From the IMG/VR virus record IMGVR_UViG_3300037418_000840: DNA of 64,000 bases; one strand, given 5' to 3'. Under the pieces are notes generated by a model that saw only the letters and a program-made list of their open reading frames with translations, had not been told where the DNA came from and did not search any database. This stretch comes from a virus (Duplodnaviria > Caudoviricetes). Positions 34,167-44,565 of this stretch are shown here, one piece after another. A program made the position numbers and the translations under genes. Each line of letters opens with the position of its first letter. Positions within the stretch are counted from its first letter, which is position 1.

Positions 34167-35540
34167 ATGGAAACCAAAGTTCATCACACTGAAACGATGG
34201 CTTGGCCTCAGTCCAAGCTCGATGCTATGGCTGCCGCTTCGGCGGCTAAGGCCCAGGCTCAGGGTACGGATCATTTCCCGATCAAGAGTCGAGATGAAAT
34301 GATTCGTCATGCGCAGAACCGCACGATTCCAGGCGCACCAACGGGTCCATCGGGGGCCATGCCTATGGCGCAGCCTCTGGATAACGATTCAGCTCCAGCA
34401 GGAGTCGCAGTGCCTCCGGTGGCAGTGCCCCAGCCGCAACGGATAATGCCTCAGACGCAGACCCCGTTCGCTTCGAATGGACGTCCAACGGCGGTCCCCC
34501 AGTCGGCTAACGCACCATTGACCGACGCTGATGTTCAACGATTTCAGGATTTCTTGCAGCAGGGTGCGGCACACATGCAACAGCAGCAACAGCCTCCAGT
34601 GGCAGAGACGGCGGTAGCTCAAGCTGTCGCTCAGGTGACGGCCGACCAAGCGCTGTATGTGGAAAACGAGATGCCGGGCTTCACGTCACCAACGGCTGAC
34701 GATGAATACACATCGGTGGCCCTTCCGTCACGTTTTGCCTATTACGGGTTTCAAGACCTGTACGTCAAGCCTTTCATCATCAAACACATTGGCAAACTCC
34801 AGCGGGCGCATAACGAGAAGTCGTTGCTGCCTATCGTCGAGGCTATGTCGACCGTCATCTACACGACAGACGAACGTTACCGTGGAGTGCCCCTGGCCTT
34901 CGAATTGACGCTGCCGGATTTCTTCTTTGTCCTGTACTGGTTGCGTCTCAATTCGTTTACCAAATCGAACTACGTGCATACGACAGTGTGTCAGGACGAG
35001 ATGCACTTGGCTCGTGTAGAACTCGGTAAGCAGTTGCCCCAACTTGCTCAGAAGGTGCTGACTGGTGATCTCAAGCAAGAGGAGTTCGAGAAGCTCAAGG
35101 TTCAGGCTCTCGACGCTGAAACGCTAAAGATCAGTGAAATCATCCGTCGTACCGACATGAAGGTCAACGAATTGGAGGCCGTGCCTGATCCTGCACTGTA
35201 CTGTCTGTCTGACGAACGGCTGTACGTGCGACCGCCTACCATGCGTGATGTGATTGAGGTAGCTGAAGATCCTCGGATGCGCAATCCGGAGACTCGTACC
35301 GAGTTCCAGTTCTATTCGCGTCTGGCTTCGCACTTTCAGCATCGTGACGTGTACTTGCCCATCGGTCAACGAGTGGACATCATCCAATCGGGATCTCTAG
35401 ACGATATGTCGGTCCTCACCCAGTTCGAACGGGCGCTCAAGGACTACGGCGTTGAAGAGAAGATCAACGTTCAGTGCAAGTGTTGCGGGGCCAGCCGTAC
35501 ATCCAAACTGATGATCGCGGCCCACTCTTTTTTCCTCTAA
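34167..35540 (+). CDS. tail/baseplate hub assembly chaperone (T4 gp26 / gpG-like)
   Basis: LYVKPF, LTLPDFFFVLYWLRLNS, C-terminal CKCCG; Q/P/A-rich N-terminal extension; lies before the tape-measure-like gene. Confidence 0.7.
   Translation: METKVHHTETMAWPQSKLDAMAAASAAKAQAQGTDHFPIKSRDEMIRHAQNRTIPGAPTGPSGAMPMAQPLDNDSAPAGVAVPPVAVPQPQRIMPQTQTPFASNGRPTAVPQSANAPLTDADVQRFQDFLQQGAAHMQQQQQPPVAETAVAQAVAQVTADQALYVENEMPGFTSPTADDEYTSVALPSRFAYYGFQDLYVKPFIIKHIGKLQRAHNEKSLLPIVEAMSTVIYTTDERYRGVPLAFELTLPDFFFVLYWLRLNSFTKSNYVHTTVCQDEMHLARVELGKQLPQLAQKVLTGDLKQEEFEKLKVQALDAETLKISEIIRRTDMKVNELEAVPDPALYCLSDERLYVRPPTMRDVIEVAEDPRMRNPETRTEFQFYSRLASHFQHRDVYLPIGQRVDIIQSGSLDDMSVLTQFERALKDYGVEEKINVQCKCCGASRTSKLMIAAHSFFL
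35528..35534 (+). other. putative -1 programmed frameshift slippery site T TTT TTC
   Basis: In-frame X XXY YYZ heptamer one codon before the stop; the -1 frame stays open to 35710. Confidence 0.7.
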
Positions 35541-35557
35541 CGAGTTCGAAGGACGTG

Positions 35558-35710
35558 ATGGACCGTTATATGCTCATCGCGTCGGAGTACGGCCTCTATC
35601 TTCCCGATAGTGCGCCGATCTTCCGTCTCATGCAGTTCTCTGAGTTTGCCCAGGCTCGTAGAGAGGAACGCATTGAGGCTGCTAAGAAAGGACTCGTCTT
35701 CGTTGGGTAA
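35558..35710 (+). CDS. small chaperone ORF (gp51/gpT-like), probably also made as a frameshift fusion
   Basis: MDRYMLIASEYGLYLPD...; in the -1 frame relative to the 34167 gene; weak own SD (4-nt spacing). Confidence 0.65.
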   Translation: MDRYMLIASEYGLYLPDSAPIFRLMQFSEFAQARREERIEAAKKGLVFVG

Positions 35711-35719
35711 GGATGAATC

Positions 35720-37555
35720 ATGGCTGAGTTTCGAAGTGATACTGAGAAAAAGAAGTGGCAGTCCCTGCAGAATCAGGCCGGACACAGTCTGCAACGTATT
35801 GTCCAAGGGACTGCCACTCAGGCCGACTTCCAGCGTGTGTCTAACGCGCTGAACGGCTTGAACACATTGGCAAAGCGGGTATTTGACGAGGCTGTTTCGG
35901 CCGCGGAAGTACAGGCTAAGAAATTCCAGTCTCAACACGAAAAGGCACTGGATGGCTTGGCTCGCGTCGGCGACCTCGATCTATCACCGTTCGAGCAGGC
36001 ACTGAACGCTGCCCTGAAGCAACAGAATCCGGATCTAGTGGACGCAATCCACGATGCCATTACGCTGGAGATCTTCGAGCAAACTGAGGAGCTCAAAAGC
36101 GACATGGCTGAACAGGTTCAGAAGTTGAAGGACCTGTTGCCGCCCAAGGATTTGCCGACGGTCGACGACGTATTGGCAGCCCAAGACCTGCTGACCGAAA
36201 AGATGGCTCAGGTCGATGAGGCACGCTGGGACCATCGTCGAGACGATCTGCTGGATCGTATTGGTAGTCTGTTCCGCAACACGTTGGTCGATCTTGCCGA
36301 AGCTGTTCAACGATCACGGTCCCACAGTAATCCCCGCATCGGCTATCAAGCACCTCGTTTGGAAGCGCCAACGCGCCCCGCGTTTGACATAGAAGACGTG
36401 GTGCCACGATCGCCTTTCGAACAGGCTCACGCACTGTTAGCCGAACCGGTGACAGCCGAAACGGCTACGACTGAGGTAAGCGCTGAACAGACGACGAGTG
36501 GTGGTTCCACATTGTCGACTGGTAGCGAAGGTGTGGTTCAGATGACGGACCGCACTGAAGCGGCAATTACCAAAGCAGCTGAGGATCAGACGAGCCTGTA
36601 TCAACAACTCATGTCGTTCCTCAAGAATCCATCGGCTCCTGGGTCGCCCTTCAATCCATCGGATAGCGGCCACGGTGGAGCCGGCCAGGACGTAGAGCAA
36701 AGCGAACAGGAGAAGGCTGATACGTGGTGGCGTTCATTCCGTAATTGGATGGGCGACAAGTACGATAAAGCCAAAGACTGGAACAAAGAGAACAAGGGAT
36801 GGCTCGGTGGCCTTGGAATGCTTCTCGCGTCGATGCTGCTCGATCCTCAGCTGTATGAAAACATCGGATCGATGATCGGAAAGTATCTGACGTGGGACAA
36901 TGTCAAGAAGGTCGCATCGGCTAGTTGGCACATGATGCTCGACAAAGGAAAGGATCTTGTTGAGTGGGTGCAAGACAAGTTGGGGCTCAACAAGCCGTTG
37001 ACTCAGAAGGAAGTAGACGCGGCCAAGACCGATGGTGGGGTAAAGCTTTCCAAAACAGCAGCCGAACGTCTGAAGGACCCGAAAGTCCAAGCGCAGATTG
37101 CACAGTTCAGTGGTAGCTTCAAGGACCAACATCCTGGGGCTATGGTGCCGAAGGCCACAGGTGACACCCATTCGTCATTCTGGTCTAAGGTGTCCCACTT
37201 GTTCGGAGTCCAGAACGGGCCGACCAACGTGGCAGTTGATCAGAGTGTGATCGACGCTAATACAGCGATCGCCAACGGTGGGAGCCCGACGTTCAATAAT
37301 CGGTCGACCATCGTGCCGAAGTCGGATCTCGGAACACCCGCGTCGGCTGTAGTTCCTGCGGCAAAGCCTACGTCGATCATCCCAGGAGTCACGACACAAG
37401 CACCGGGGACCGCGTCTGGGCCGGAAGCCGGCCCGGCGATGTCTGACCTGCGACCTTCAAAGGGTACAGCCCAAATCGGACTCTCGTCGTTCAAGTTCCA
37501 TTCATCGATCGATGATTCACTGTTGATGATGAACACTCCATACTTCAGTAGTTGA
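35720..37555 (+). CDS. tape-measure-like tail protein
   Basis: Helical A/Q/L-rich 611 aa with W-containing central segment, directly after the chaperone pair; positional call. Confidence 0.55.
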   Translation: MAEFRSDTEKKKWQSLQNQAGHSLQRIVQGTATQADFQRVSNALNGLNTLAKRVFDEAVSAAEVQAKKFQSQHEKALDGLARVGDLDLSPFEQALNAALKQQNPDLVDAIHDAITLEIFEQTEELKSDMAEQVQKLKDLLPPKDLPTVDDVLAAQDLLTEKMAQVDEARWDHRRDDLLDRIGSLFRNTLVDLAEAVQRSRSHSNPRIGYQAPRLEAPTRPAFDIEDVVPRSPFEQAHALLAEPVTAETATTEVSAEQTTSGGSTLSTGSEGVVQMTDRTEAAITKAAEDQTSLYQQLMSFLKNPSAPGSPFNPSDSGHGGAGQDVEQSEQEKADTWWRSFRNWMGDKYDKAKDWNKENKGWLGGLGMLLASMLLDPQLYENIGSMIGKYLTWDNVKKVASASWHMMLDKGKDLVEWVQDKLGLNKPLTQKEVDAAKTDGGVKLSKTAAERLKDPKVQAQIAQFSGSFKDQHPGAMVPKATGDTHSSFWSKVSHLFGVQNGPTNVAVDQSVIDANTAIANGGSPTFNNRSTIVPKSDLGTPASAVVPAAKPTSIIPGVTTQAPGTASGPEAGPAMSDLRPSKGTAQIGLSSFKFHSSIDDSLLMMNTPYFSS

Positions 37556-37562
37556 GGACCCT

Positions 37563-39005
37563 ATGGCCTACTCTCTTATGGACGCGGCTGCCCTCGTGCC
37601 AAGTCCGTACGAGGACAACCTGCAGACCCAGCCCGAAGGTTGGTCGCTGATGGACTTGCCAACCTTCATCTCAAAAGTGATCGTTCCTCCAGAAGACGCT
37701 CAGGAAGGGATGCTCTCTACTTTCAGTGACTTCGTGGCCTTCTACGCTAGTAAGTTCACTGTCGAAGATGACGTACGGTCGGTTACCCGTGGTGCGCTTG
37801 CGTCACTCAAGCAGGTTCAGTTTTTGAAGGACGAAGCCGCTCGTCAGTCTGCAGAAGGTCACAGCCTTATCGGTCATCTGGTGGAGAAAGGCCTCGGGGC
37901 CATAGTTCGTCAAGTATTGAAGACCGTAATCGGTATGGTCGTCGACTTCAGTGTCTATGCGTTCCGAACCATAATCGTTGGCGGCATCGAGGGCCTCTTG
38001 GAATGGATGGTGCGTCCTGTTCTTATGGAGGTCCTCGGCTTCATTGGATTGAACCCTGAACTGTGGCCCGTTGTCGCTCTTCTCGGTGGAGTAGCTTTAG
38101 TCGGCTACGGCGCGTACAAACTGTTGTTCGAAGATAAGGATGATGTGACTGGTGATGTTTCTGATGCTGACCGGGATCGTATTGCGTCCAACAAAGACGC
38201 GGTATCGATCGCCAACAGTTTGGTCAGTGATCAGTCACCGTTCACTGGTGCAGCCTATCCAACTCCAGCTGGCGGCGTCGCCGTAGCCGAGGGTGCTGCC
38301 GCTTCGTCGCTGATGGCCCTCATCGCACGCGGTGAAGGTTCGTACAATAGTGTGAACCTAGGGGCTACGCACGGATATCGCGCGGCAACCGTTGATCTCG
38401 AGCATATGACAGTCAGTCAGGTGATGGCCAATCAGCAGGCGCACAACTTCAACGCAGCCGGTCGTTACCAGATAATCGGTGACACACTGAAGCTGGCGGT
38501 CAAAGCCCTTGGTCTGACAGGTGGTGAACCGTTTGATCAGAAGACTCAGGACTACATCTTCAACAACTACCTGATATCCCAGAAGCGGAAAGCTATTGGT
38601 GACTACATATCAGGTAAGTCAAATGATGTGCGAGCCGCAGTGTTGGCCGCGAGTCAGGAGTGGGCGTCAGTAGCTGCCCCTCCGGGAGCCCACACGAAAT
38701 CAGGTCTAGTCTCTCAAGGCTACACTTCGTACTATGCTGGGACTGCCAACAACAAGGCGTCGATCAACGCGTTCGAGATGGCGGCCACCCTCCAGGCAGA
38801 ACGAGCGCGTCGAACTGGGGACACGACAATTGCAACCCAGTCGGTGACAGTTACTCCAGGGACTGTGGTTCAACCCAAAGCCCCGACGAATGCAGAAAAG
38901 GCTCAACTTGCAGTGCAGACGAATCCAACGGCGATGGCCGTCCCTTCGTCAAGTGAGACGACAGTCATTAAGAAAGGTAAGCAGCTGATCAAGGTTGCTG
39001 CCTAG
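37563..39005 (+). CDS. tail-associated lytic transglycosylase (lambda-R/GH104-like domain)
   Basis: IARGEGSYN (catalytic Glu), AAGRYQII, FDQKTQD, ASQEWASV. Confidence 0.8.
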   Translation: MAYSLMDAAALVPSPYEDNLQTQPEGWSLMDLPTFISKVIVPPEDAQEGMLSTFSDFVAFYASKFTVEDDVRSVTRGALASLKQVQFLKDEAARQSAEGHSLIGHLVEKGLGAIVRQVLKTVIGMVVDFSVYAFRTIIVGGIEGLLEWMVRPVLMEVLGFIGLNPELWPVVALLGGVALVGYGAYKLLFEDKDDVTGDVSDADRDRIASNKDAVSIANSLVSDQSPFTGAAYPTPAGGVAVAEGAAASSLMALIARGEGSYNSVNLGATHGYRAATVDLEHMTVSQVMANQQAHNFNAAGRYQIIGDTLKLAVKALGLTGGEPFDQKTQDYIFNNYLISQKRKAIGDYISGKSNDVRAAVLAASQEWASVAAPPGAHTKSGLVSQGYTSYYAGTANNKASINAFEMAATLQAERARRTGDTTIATQSVTVTPGTVVQPKAPTNAEKAQLAVQTNPTAMAVPSSSETTVIKKGKQLIKVAA

Positions 39006-39015
39006 AGGAATCATC

Positions 39016-39969
39016 ATGGCAAATACGAATTACTTGGTGCTCGTCCAACAGAGTACGACGGGGATTGCTGTTGAGGCCCCCATCCCCGAAACGTTTGCAA
39101 TGGATTTGAGCGCCACTTATGAACAGGCACTGCCTCAAGGATTCGTGGGCAATAAGGCGATTAACCTGACGGCCGCAGCCTTCGGCGCTCGCTTGTCAGT
39201 TCAAGCACTGTCCGCCCAACTCTGGTCGGGCAACAACGAAATGGATCTGTCGATCGACCTCGAGTTCCACACCGAGAACGATCCAGTGAACGACGTACGG
39301 GCACCGATTCTTAACCTGATGAAGTTGACGACGCCGACCATTAGTTCGACAACTGGCATGTTGGCGAGCCCTGGTCCTAGCTTGGACTTCAGCGCGGTCG
39401 CCAATGCGCTGGGAACCGGAGCAGGTCAGCTGGTGAACATCGGTAAATCCGTTCAGGGTGCAGCCGCGAATCCGTCGTCACTTGTCAACGCGATCGGTAA
39501 CGCCGCGTCTTCAGCGTGGTCGTCGATCCGGGCGGGCTATCAATCGGCTACCACTGGACTGATCGACCCGAGTCAGCAAACTGCTGATGGATCCAATAAC
39601 GTTCAGCAGGCATTGCAACAGAATCCCAGCCTAGGGAGCGCTGCCTACTGGAAGACTCAAGTAAAGAACTCGATCTCGATCGCCATCGGTAACTACCTGT
39701 ACTTCGATTCGGTTGTCATAACTCGAGTGTCCAACACCTTCATGTCGAACTTCGACGCGCAAACTGGGTTGCCGCACAACGTTCGCGTTCAGGTCGCGTT
39801 CAAGCCGCTGTTCATGATTGTGGCCTCTGATCTCGATCAGATGTTCCTCAATCCGAAGGGTGGGGCCACTCCTGGAAACAACAGCTTCGGCTTCTCGCTC
39901 CCAGCACCTACGGGTGCCAACTCAGGAAGCTTCGGCATCGGGGCTAACACCTTCGGCTTTCACACCTAA
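39016..39969 (+). CDS. baseplate/tube cap protein (gp48-like)
   Basis: Position in the baseplate operon; IAIGNYLYFDSVVITRVS...GLPHNVRVQVAF. Confidence 0.55.
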   Translation: MANTNYLVLVQQSTTGIAVEAPIPETFAMDLSATYEQALPQGFVGNKAINLTAAAFGARLSVQALSAQLWSGNNEMDLSIDLEFHTENDPVNDVRAPILNLMKLTTPTISSTTGMLASPGPSLDFSAVANALGTGAGQLVNIGKSVQGAAANPSSLVNAIGNAASSAWSSIRAGYQSATTGLIDPSQQTADGSNNVQQALQQNPSLGSAAYWKTQVKNSISIAIGNYLYFDSVVITRVSNTFMSNFDAQTGLPHNVRVQVAFKPLFMIVASDLDQMFLNPKGGATPGNNSFGFSLPAPTGANSGSFGIGANTFGFHT

Positions 39970-39978
39970 GAGGCGATC

Positions 39979-40335
39979 ATGGGCGCACCATTCCCTGGTT
40001 ACAGCGCAGACTATGACTGGTCGAACTATACGCCAGTTGATTCGACTGGCTCGAACTACGATAAGTTCAAGTCTGCGTACAAGAATATCCGGTTCAACGT
40101 TCAGCCTACGACACAGATTCAACTCACCATCCAAGACTTGGCGAATCTCCCAGGTCTGGCCTACAGGTTGTATGGTGACACGAGTTTGTGGCGTGCTCTT
40201 CTGGCCTACAATGGATTGTCCGATCCTCTGTCAGACATTGCGGTCGGGATGACCTTAAAGATCCCAACCAAGGCGGCGATCACTGCCTATGTGTCAAAGC
40301 AGGCTAACAATCAACAGACACCGATCGTAATCTGA
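39979..40335 (+). CDS. LysM-type baseplate wedge protein (T4 gp53 / P2 gpX-like)
   Basis: LAYRLYGDTSLWRALLAYNGLSDPLSDIAVGMTLKIP. Confidence 0.8.
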   Translation: MGAPFPGYSADYDWSNYTPVDSTGSNYDKFKSAYKNIRFNVQPTTQIQLTIQDLANLPGLAYRLYGDTSLWRALLAYNGLSDPLSDIAVGMTLKIPTKAAITAYVSKQANNQQTPIVI

Positions 40336-40342
40336 GGACATC

Positions 40343-41470
40343 ATGGGTGCCTATATCGTTCAGGGGCGCATAGAAGTTTCGCTGTACATCAATAACATCG
40401 AGTTTCCGCTGGACACCATGAACGTGTTGGGCTTTCTTCATGTTGGTTGGTCGTCTAAGCTGCTGCTCCCTACGTTCCATATGTCGTTGTCTGACGTGCA
40501 GCACGTATTGGATCAGGTTGAGCTCCAGGATGGGGTACCGATTCGCATTGTGGTCAAGCCCTACTCGGCACCTACAGTGACCTATAACTTCCGAAAGTTC
40601 CATCATCGGAAGCAGTTCAATGGTAACTGTTTCATCTATGAGATGGATGGCTACCTTGATGTCGTGAAGTACTGGACGGGCACTTCGCTAGCTGGACTGC
40701 GAGGAACCTCGGATGATATCCTGTCCCAAGTGTCTCAGATATGCGGCCTTCAGTACAATGGCAGTGTGTCAACTAACGACAGTCAACTGTGGATGCAACG
40801 CAATCGCACCTATGGGGAATTCGCGGCCGACATTGCATGGCGAGGTTATGTCAGTGATTCGTCGTTCATGCGCATTGGGGTCGATCCACGTGGGATCCTT
40901 ATCTATCGCGATGTGAACAACCTGCCTGATCCGCAGACGACCATTGTCCTAGGTCAGTACATCAATGGATGTTTCACTGCCGTTGATTACGAGCCTCAAG
41001 CAAAGTCGGGGCTCAACAATAAGATGGTGGGCTACAAGAACACCCGGAACGATCAGAGTCTAACCGCTGATGAGATGGCTACGGCCTATAGTCAGCTGTC
41101 GTTCACTCCAGATTCGAAGTCACCGCTGATTAATCTAGCGGTTCGCAACGCGATGGGTAACGGCTATCAGTCGTTCGGTGGGATCGACATGGGGAACACC
41201 CATGACAACTACGAGCGTGCCCTATACCAGAATCTGCGGTTCGCCAATCTGTACAGCCTTGATGTAGAGTTCCTGATCCAGACGCCTACGAACCTAACGC
41301 TGTTCGACACGTTCACCTTCTCTGTCGATCAAGAGTCCAATAAGCAGGACGCGGCCTACGCGGGGACCTACATCGTTGCGGCCAAAGCGTTCCTGGTTCA
41401 GGGTGCGACCTATGCTGAGAAGCTGCTTGGCGTTCGTCAAGGGACAAACTTGAATTACACCTCGGGTTGA
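40343..41470 (+). CDS. baseplate hub protein (gp27/gpD-like)
   Basis: Size and order between the LysM protein and the spike. Confidence 0.65.
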   Translation: MGAYIVQGRIEVSLYINNIEFPLDTMNVLGFLHVGWSSKLLLPTFHMSLSDVQHVLDQVELQDGVPIRIVVKPYSAPTVTYNFRKFHHRKQFNGNCFIYEMDGYLDVVKYWTGTSLAGLRGTSDDILSQVSQICGLQYNGSVSTNDSQLWMQRNRTYGEFAADIAWRGYVSDSSFMRIGVDPRGILIYRDVNNLPDPQTTIVLGQYINGCFTAVDYEPQAKSGLNNKMVGYKNTRNDQSLTADEMATAYSQLSFTPDSKSPLINLAVRNAMGNGYQSFGGIDMGNTHDNYERALYQNLRFANLYSLDVEFLIQTPTNLTLFDTFTFSVDQESNKQDAAYAGTYIVAAKAFLVQGATYAEKLLGVRQGTNLNYTSG

Positions 41471-41476
41471 TCGATC

Positions 41477-42331
41477 ATGCCTTTTCATACCGCAAATGAC
41501 ACCGTCAACTTCGCTGAGGGGTATGACGGATATCTGGTTGGTACGGTGACTGCTAACGTCGATCCTCTGGGATTGGGGCGTGTTCAAGCACAGGTGCCGG
41601 GCCTATACGATCCTCAGCAAGGCGAGATACCGTGGATCGCACCACACGATCGTCAGTCGCCCTTTGGTTATGGCACTTCTGCTGAAGGTCCCTATGGAGT
41701 GTACGGAGTCCCACCAATCGGAGCCAAGATCAAGATCGAGCTTCAAGGTGGGGACGTCCATAAACCGCTGTACTCGCCGCTGCACGCAAAGGCCGACACG
41801 AATTCTCGATTCTCAACACCGAATGTGTGGGGTTATCAGGATCCTGACGGCAACTACATGCTGTACGATATAGTGGCCCATACGTATCTGTTCGTGACAC
41901 GGACGGGGGCGTCGATTGAAATCGATGCGACGGGTAAGCGTATCACAACTGTCAACGGTGATGCTGAAACATCGAATGGTGATTGGACTGTCAACGTGAC
42001 TGGCAATGCTCGCATCACGTCATCGGCAGACACGTCAGTCAATGCGTCGGGCAACGTTCTGGTCAAAGCTACTGGAAGTACCACGGTTCAGGGCGCAACT
42101 GTGAACGTAACTGCGTCAGGCACAGCCACATACACGGCCTTAGCACACGTCTTCAACGGACCGATCACGACTAATTCGACTCTGGCAACTGCCGGGGACA
42201 TCACCGACTCGACCGGGACGGGTAACACGCGGACGATGGCCAACATGCGTCTTGTGTTTGACGAACACCGCCATCACTATGACGACAATGGTAACGACAA
42301 CATTACCGACGTACCGTTCCCGCTCACGTGA
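41477..42331 (+). CDS. baseplate central spike (gp5/gpV-like)
   Basis: OB-fold GTVTANVDPLGLGRVQAQVP, beta-helix repeats, C-terminal HxH apex motif (EHRH). Confidence 0.88.
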   Translation: MPFHTANDTVNFAEGYDGYLVGTVTANVDPLGLGRVQAQVPGLYDPQQGEIPWIAPHDRQSPFGYGTSAEGPYGVYGVPPIGAKIKIELQGGDVHKPLYSPLHAKADTNSRFSTPNVWGYQDPDGNYMLYDIVAHTYLFVTRTGASIEIDATGKRITTVNGDAETSNGDWTVNVTGNARITSSADTSVNASGNVLVKATGSTTVQGATVNVTASGTATYTALAHVFNGPITTNSTLATAGDITDSTGTGNTRTMANMRLVFDEHRHHYDDNGNDNITDVPFPLT

Positions 42332-42354
42332 TTTGATGGATAGGACGAAATTTT

Positions 42355-42768
42355 ATGGCACAGATCACAGATTTCCAAACGAGTCTTGACGGGGCGACGT
42401 GGGTTGATTTGAACTCCTCGTATGGACTTAATACGCTACCTGACCGGCTTCCCGATGGACAGGCGTTGCAGAACGACCTGTTCAACCTACTGAACTGTTG
42501 GATTGGGGGCCGCTCACGAACGTTCCAACCCGAATACGGATCCATGTGGTATCAGTTCGTTCATGAACCAACTGAACAGTCGACGGCCAACAAAATGCGA
42601 GTCGCTATGATCCAGGCTCTAGCTCGTTGGGAACCTCGGATCACAGTGGATTTCAATAACTCGTACATAGTGCCTGATCTGACGCTACCGGGCTACAACG
42701 TGCGAATCGCCTATACGATCAATCTGAATAGCTCGAAACAGCAGCTATCGTTCAATCTGCGGACTTAA
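42355..42768 (+). CDS. baseplate wedge protein gp25-like
   Basis: RTFQPEYGS...EP...IQALARWEPRITV. Confidence 0.88.
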   Translation: MAQITDFQTSLDGATWVDLNSSYGLNTLPDRLPDGQALQNDLFNLLNCWIGGRSRTFQPEYGSMWYQFVHEPTEQSTANKMRVAMIQALARWEPRITVDFNNSYIVPDLTLPGYNVRIAYTINLNSSKQQLSFNLRT

Positions 42769-42769
42769 C

Positions 42770-44560
42770 ATGGCGAATACCACTCTTGTGTTGTCGGACT
42801 TGACTGCCGACGTAGGGGACTTCGTTACCCAATTCCAGCAAGCTCTGTCAAAGAAGCAAACATGGCAAGGCTTTCTAACGACAGCCAGTGCGGAGACGAT
42901 GATCGAACTCGTCTCCTCAGTAGGTGCTTTTGCCCAAGGTCGTATCAGCCGTGAAGCTGAAGACGCGTTCTCGGAGACTGCGCTGGCCGATTCGGCAGTG
43001 TTGTCCATCACTCAGATGCAGGGACTTCGTATCGCACGCTTCCTGCCTGCAGGAGTCACTGGATCACTGACCAGTCCAGTGTCAGTGACGTTGCCACCCT
43101 TGACTCAGTTCTCATGTGCTGGTAACTACTTCTTCAATCGTGACGCGCTTCAACTCCTGGCCAACACGCCACTCAATGTCACTCTGTACGAGGGACAGGT
43201 CTACACATACCAGATGTCGGGCCTCGGCAGTGAGCGGCAAACGTTCGTCAGTCAGCAGGATTCGTTCGCAGTTTCTGACCTAGACACTATTGTCCAGATC
43301 AACGGAACGATTATCCCTAAGGCATATGGGAATCTGTGGAACTTCGACGGGCTTCCTGGCTATGTGGATATGACGCTCAGCGACGGGCGAATGCTCCTTC
43401 AGTTCGGTAACCTCGGCGGTCTCAACGGACAGTTCGGCTCGATCCCCCAAGTGAACGACGTGGTGTCGGTCAACTACGTGATCACAAAGGGACAGACGGG
43501 CAACAACATCGTAACCCAGGGCAAGGCCGTATCGGTCACGGGGTTCCCGCTCATTACGGGATCGTTTAACGCCAATCCAACAGGCGGATCAAACGATAAA
43601 CCCGTTGTCGCCTACAAGAACATCGCAGCCGGTGGCTTCGGTACGTACAGCAGTGCCGTAACCAAGTCGCAATATCAAGCGATCATTGGAACATATCCTG
43701 GGATCCTCGACGCTGTGACTCAGGCTCAGCGTGAGATCAATCCTAGTGATTATCGTTGGATGAACGTGTGTCGAGTGTCGGGTCTCACGTCAAGTCCCTG
43801 GACGCAGGCTCAGAAGAAAGCGTTCACGGACTATTGTCAGACGGTGACGATGTACGCTCACTACTTCCTCTGGCAGGATCCGATTGCTATACCTCGCGAC
43901 GTGGCGCTCGACGTCTACATCTTCAACTCGGCAATCCCAACGCAGGTGGAATCAGCGTGTCAGGATGCTATACAGAAGCTGTTTGCGCCACGTCCTGGCT
44001 TACTGATGACCAATTTCTACATTGACGATTTGGTGCAAGCCTGTCGTGCGGCCAATCCAGGGCTGATCTCGTACATAGTTCCTCAGTCGCCTACGGGATC
44101 GATGATCGTCACTGCGCCAGAGAGTCCACAGATCACGTTCGAGCTAGTACCGGGCGGTGGTTCACTTGGAGAACTGGTCTATGCCTACGCAGTGTCAACC
44201 ACGTTGAACACTGGAGAGGTCGGGGTTCCCACGTCATGGGTCTTCCCGCAGATCATCACGAACACTGCGAACTACGGAATTACTCTGTCGTGGCCTGCGG
44301 TCTATAATGCGCAGACGTATACGATTTGGGGCCGTGCGCCCGGCAGTGGGTTGGGCGTCCTTGCCACCGTTCCTGCGTCGACCCTGACCTGGACTGACAA
44401 CGGATCGATCACTCCGACGGGTGGACAGCCAACGACCATCGCAGACACGCCGATCCGCTACAATTCGTTGAACAGCTTGACCATCAACGTGTATTACGCT
44501 GATCGCCAGCAACAACTGCAGTCAGGGGCCAGCGAGCCTACACGGCTCTCTAATGGGTAA
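42770..44560 (+). CDS. baseplate wedge subunit (gp6 / baseplate J-like)
   Basis: 596 aa after gp25; TALADSAVLSITQMQG, GGSNDKP...AVTKSQY. Confidence 0.8.
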   Translation: MANTTLVLSDLTADVGDFVTQFQQALSKKQTWQGFLTTASAETMIELVSSVGAFAQGRISREAEDAFSETALADSAVLSITQMQGLRIARFLPAGVTGSLTSPVSVTLPPLTQFSCAGNYFFNRDALQLLANTPLNVTLYEGQVYTYQMSGLGSERQTFVSQQDSFAVSDLDTIVQINGTIIPKAYGNLWNFDGLPGYVDMTLSDGRMLLQFGNLGGLNGQFGSIPQVNDVVSVNYVITKGQTGNNIVTQGKAVSVTGFPLITGSFNANPTGGSNDKPVVAYKNIAAGGFGTYSSAVTKSQYQAIIGTYPGILDAVTQAQREINPSDYRWMNVCRVSGLTSSPWTQAQKKAFTDYCQTVTMYAHYFLWQDPIAIPRDVALDVYIFNSAIPTQVESACQDAIQKLFAPRPGLLMTNFYIDDLVQACRAANPGLISYIVPQSPTGSMIVTAPESPQITFELVPGGGSLGELVYAYAVSTTLNTGEVGVPTSWVFPQIITNTANYGITLSWPAVYNAQTYTIWGRAPGSGLGVLATVPASTLTWTDNGSITPTGGQPTTIADTPIRYNSLNSLTINVYYADRQQQLQSGASEPTRLSNG

Positions 44561-44565
44561 CTGAA

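Noticed and set aside
37553-37565. Stop read-through fusing the tape-measure-like and lysozyme genes
   Set aside because: The genes are in different frames, there is no slippery sequence at the junction, and the second gene has its own GAGG SD.
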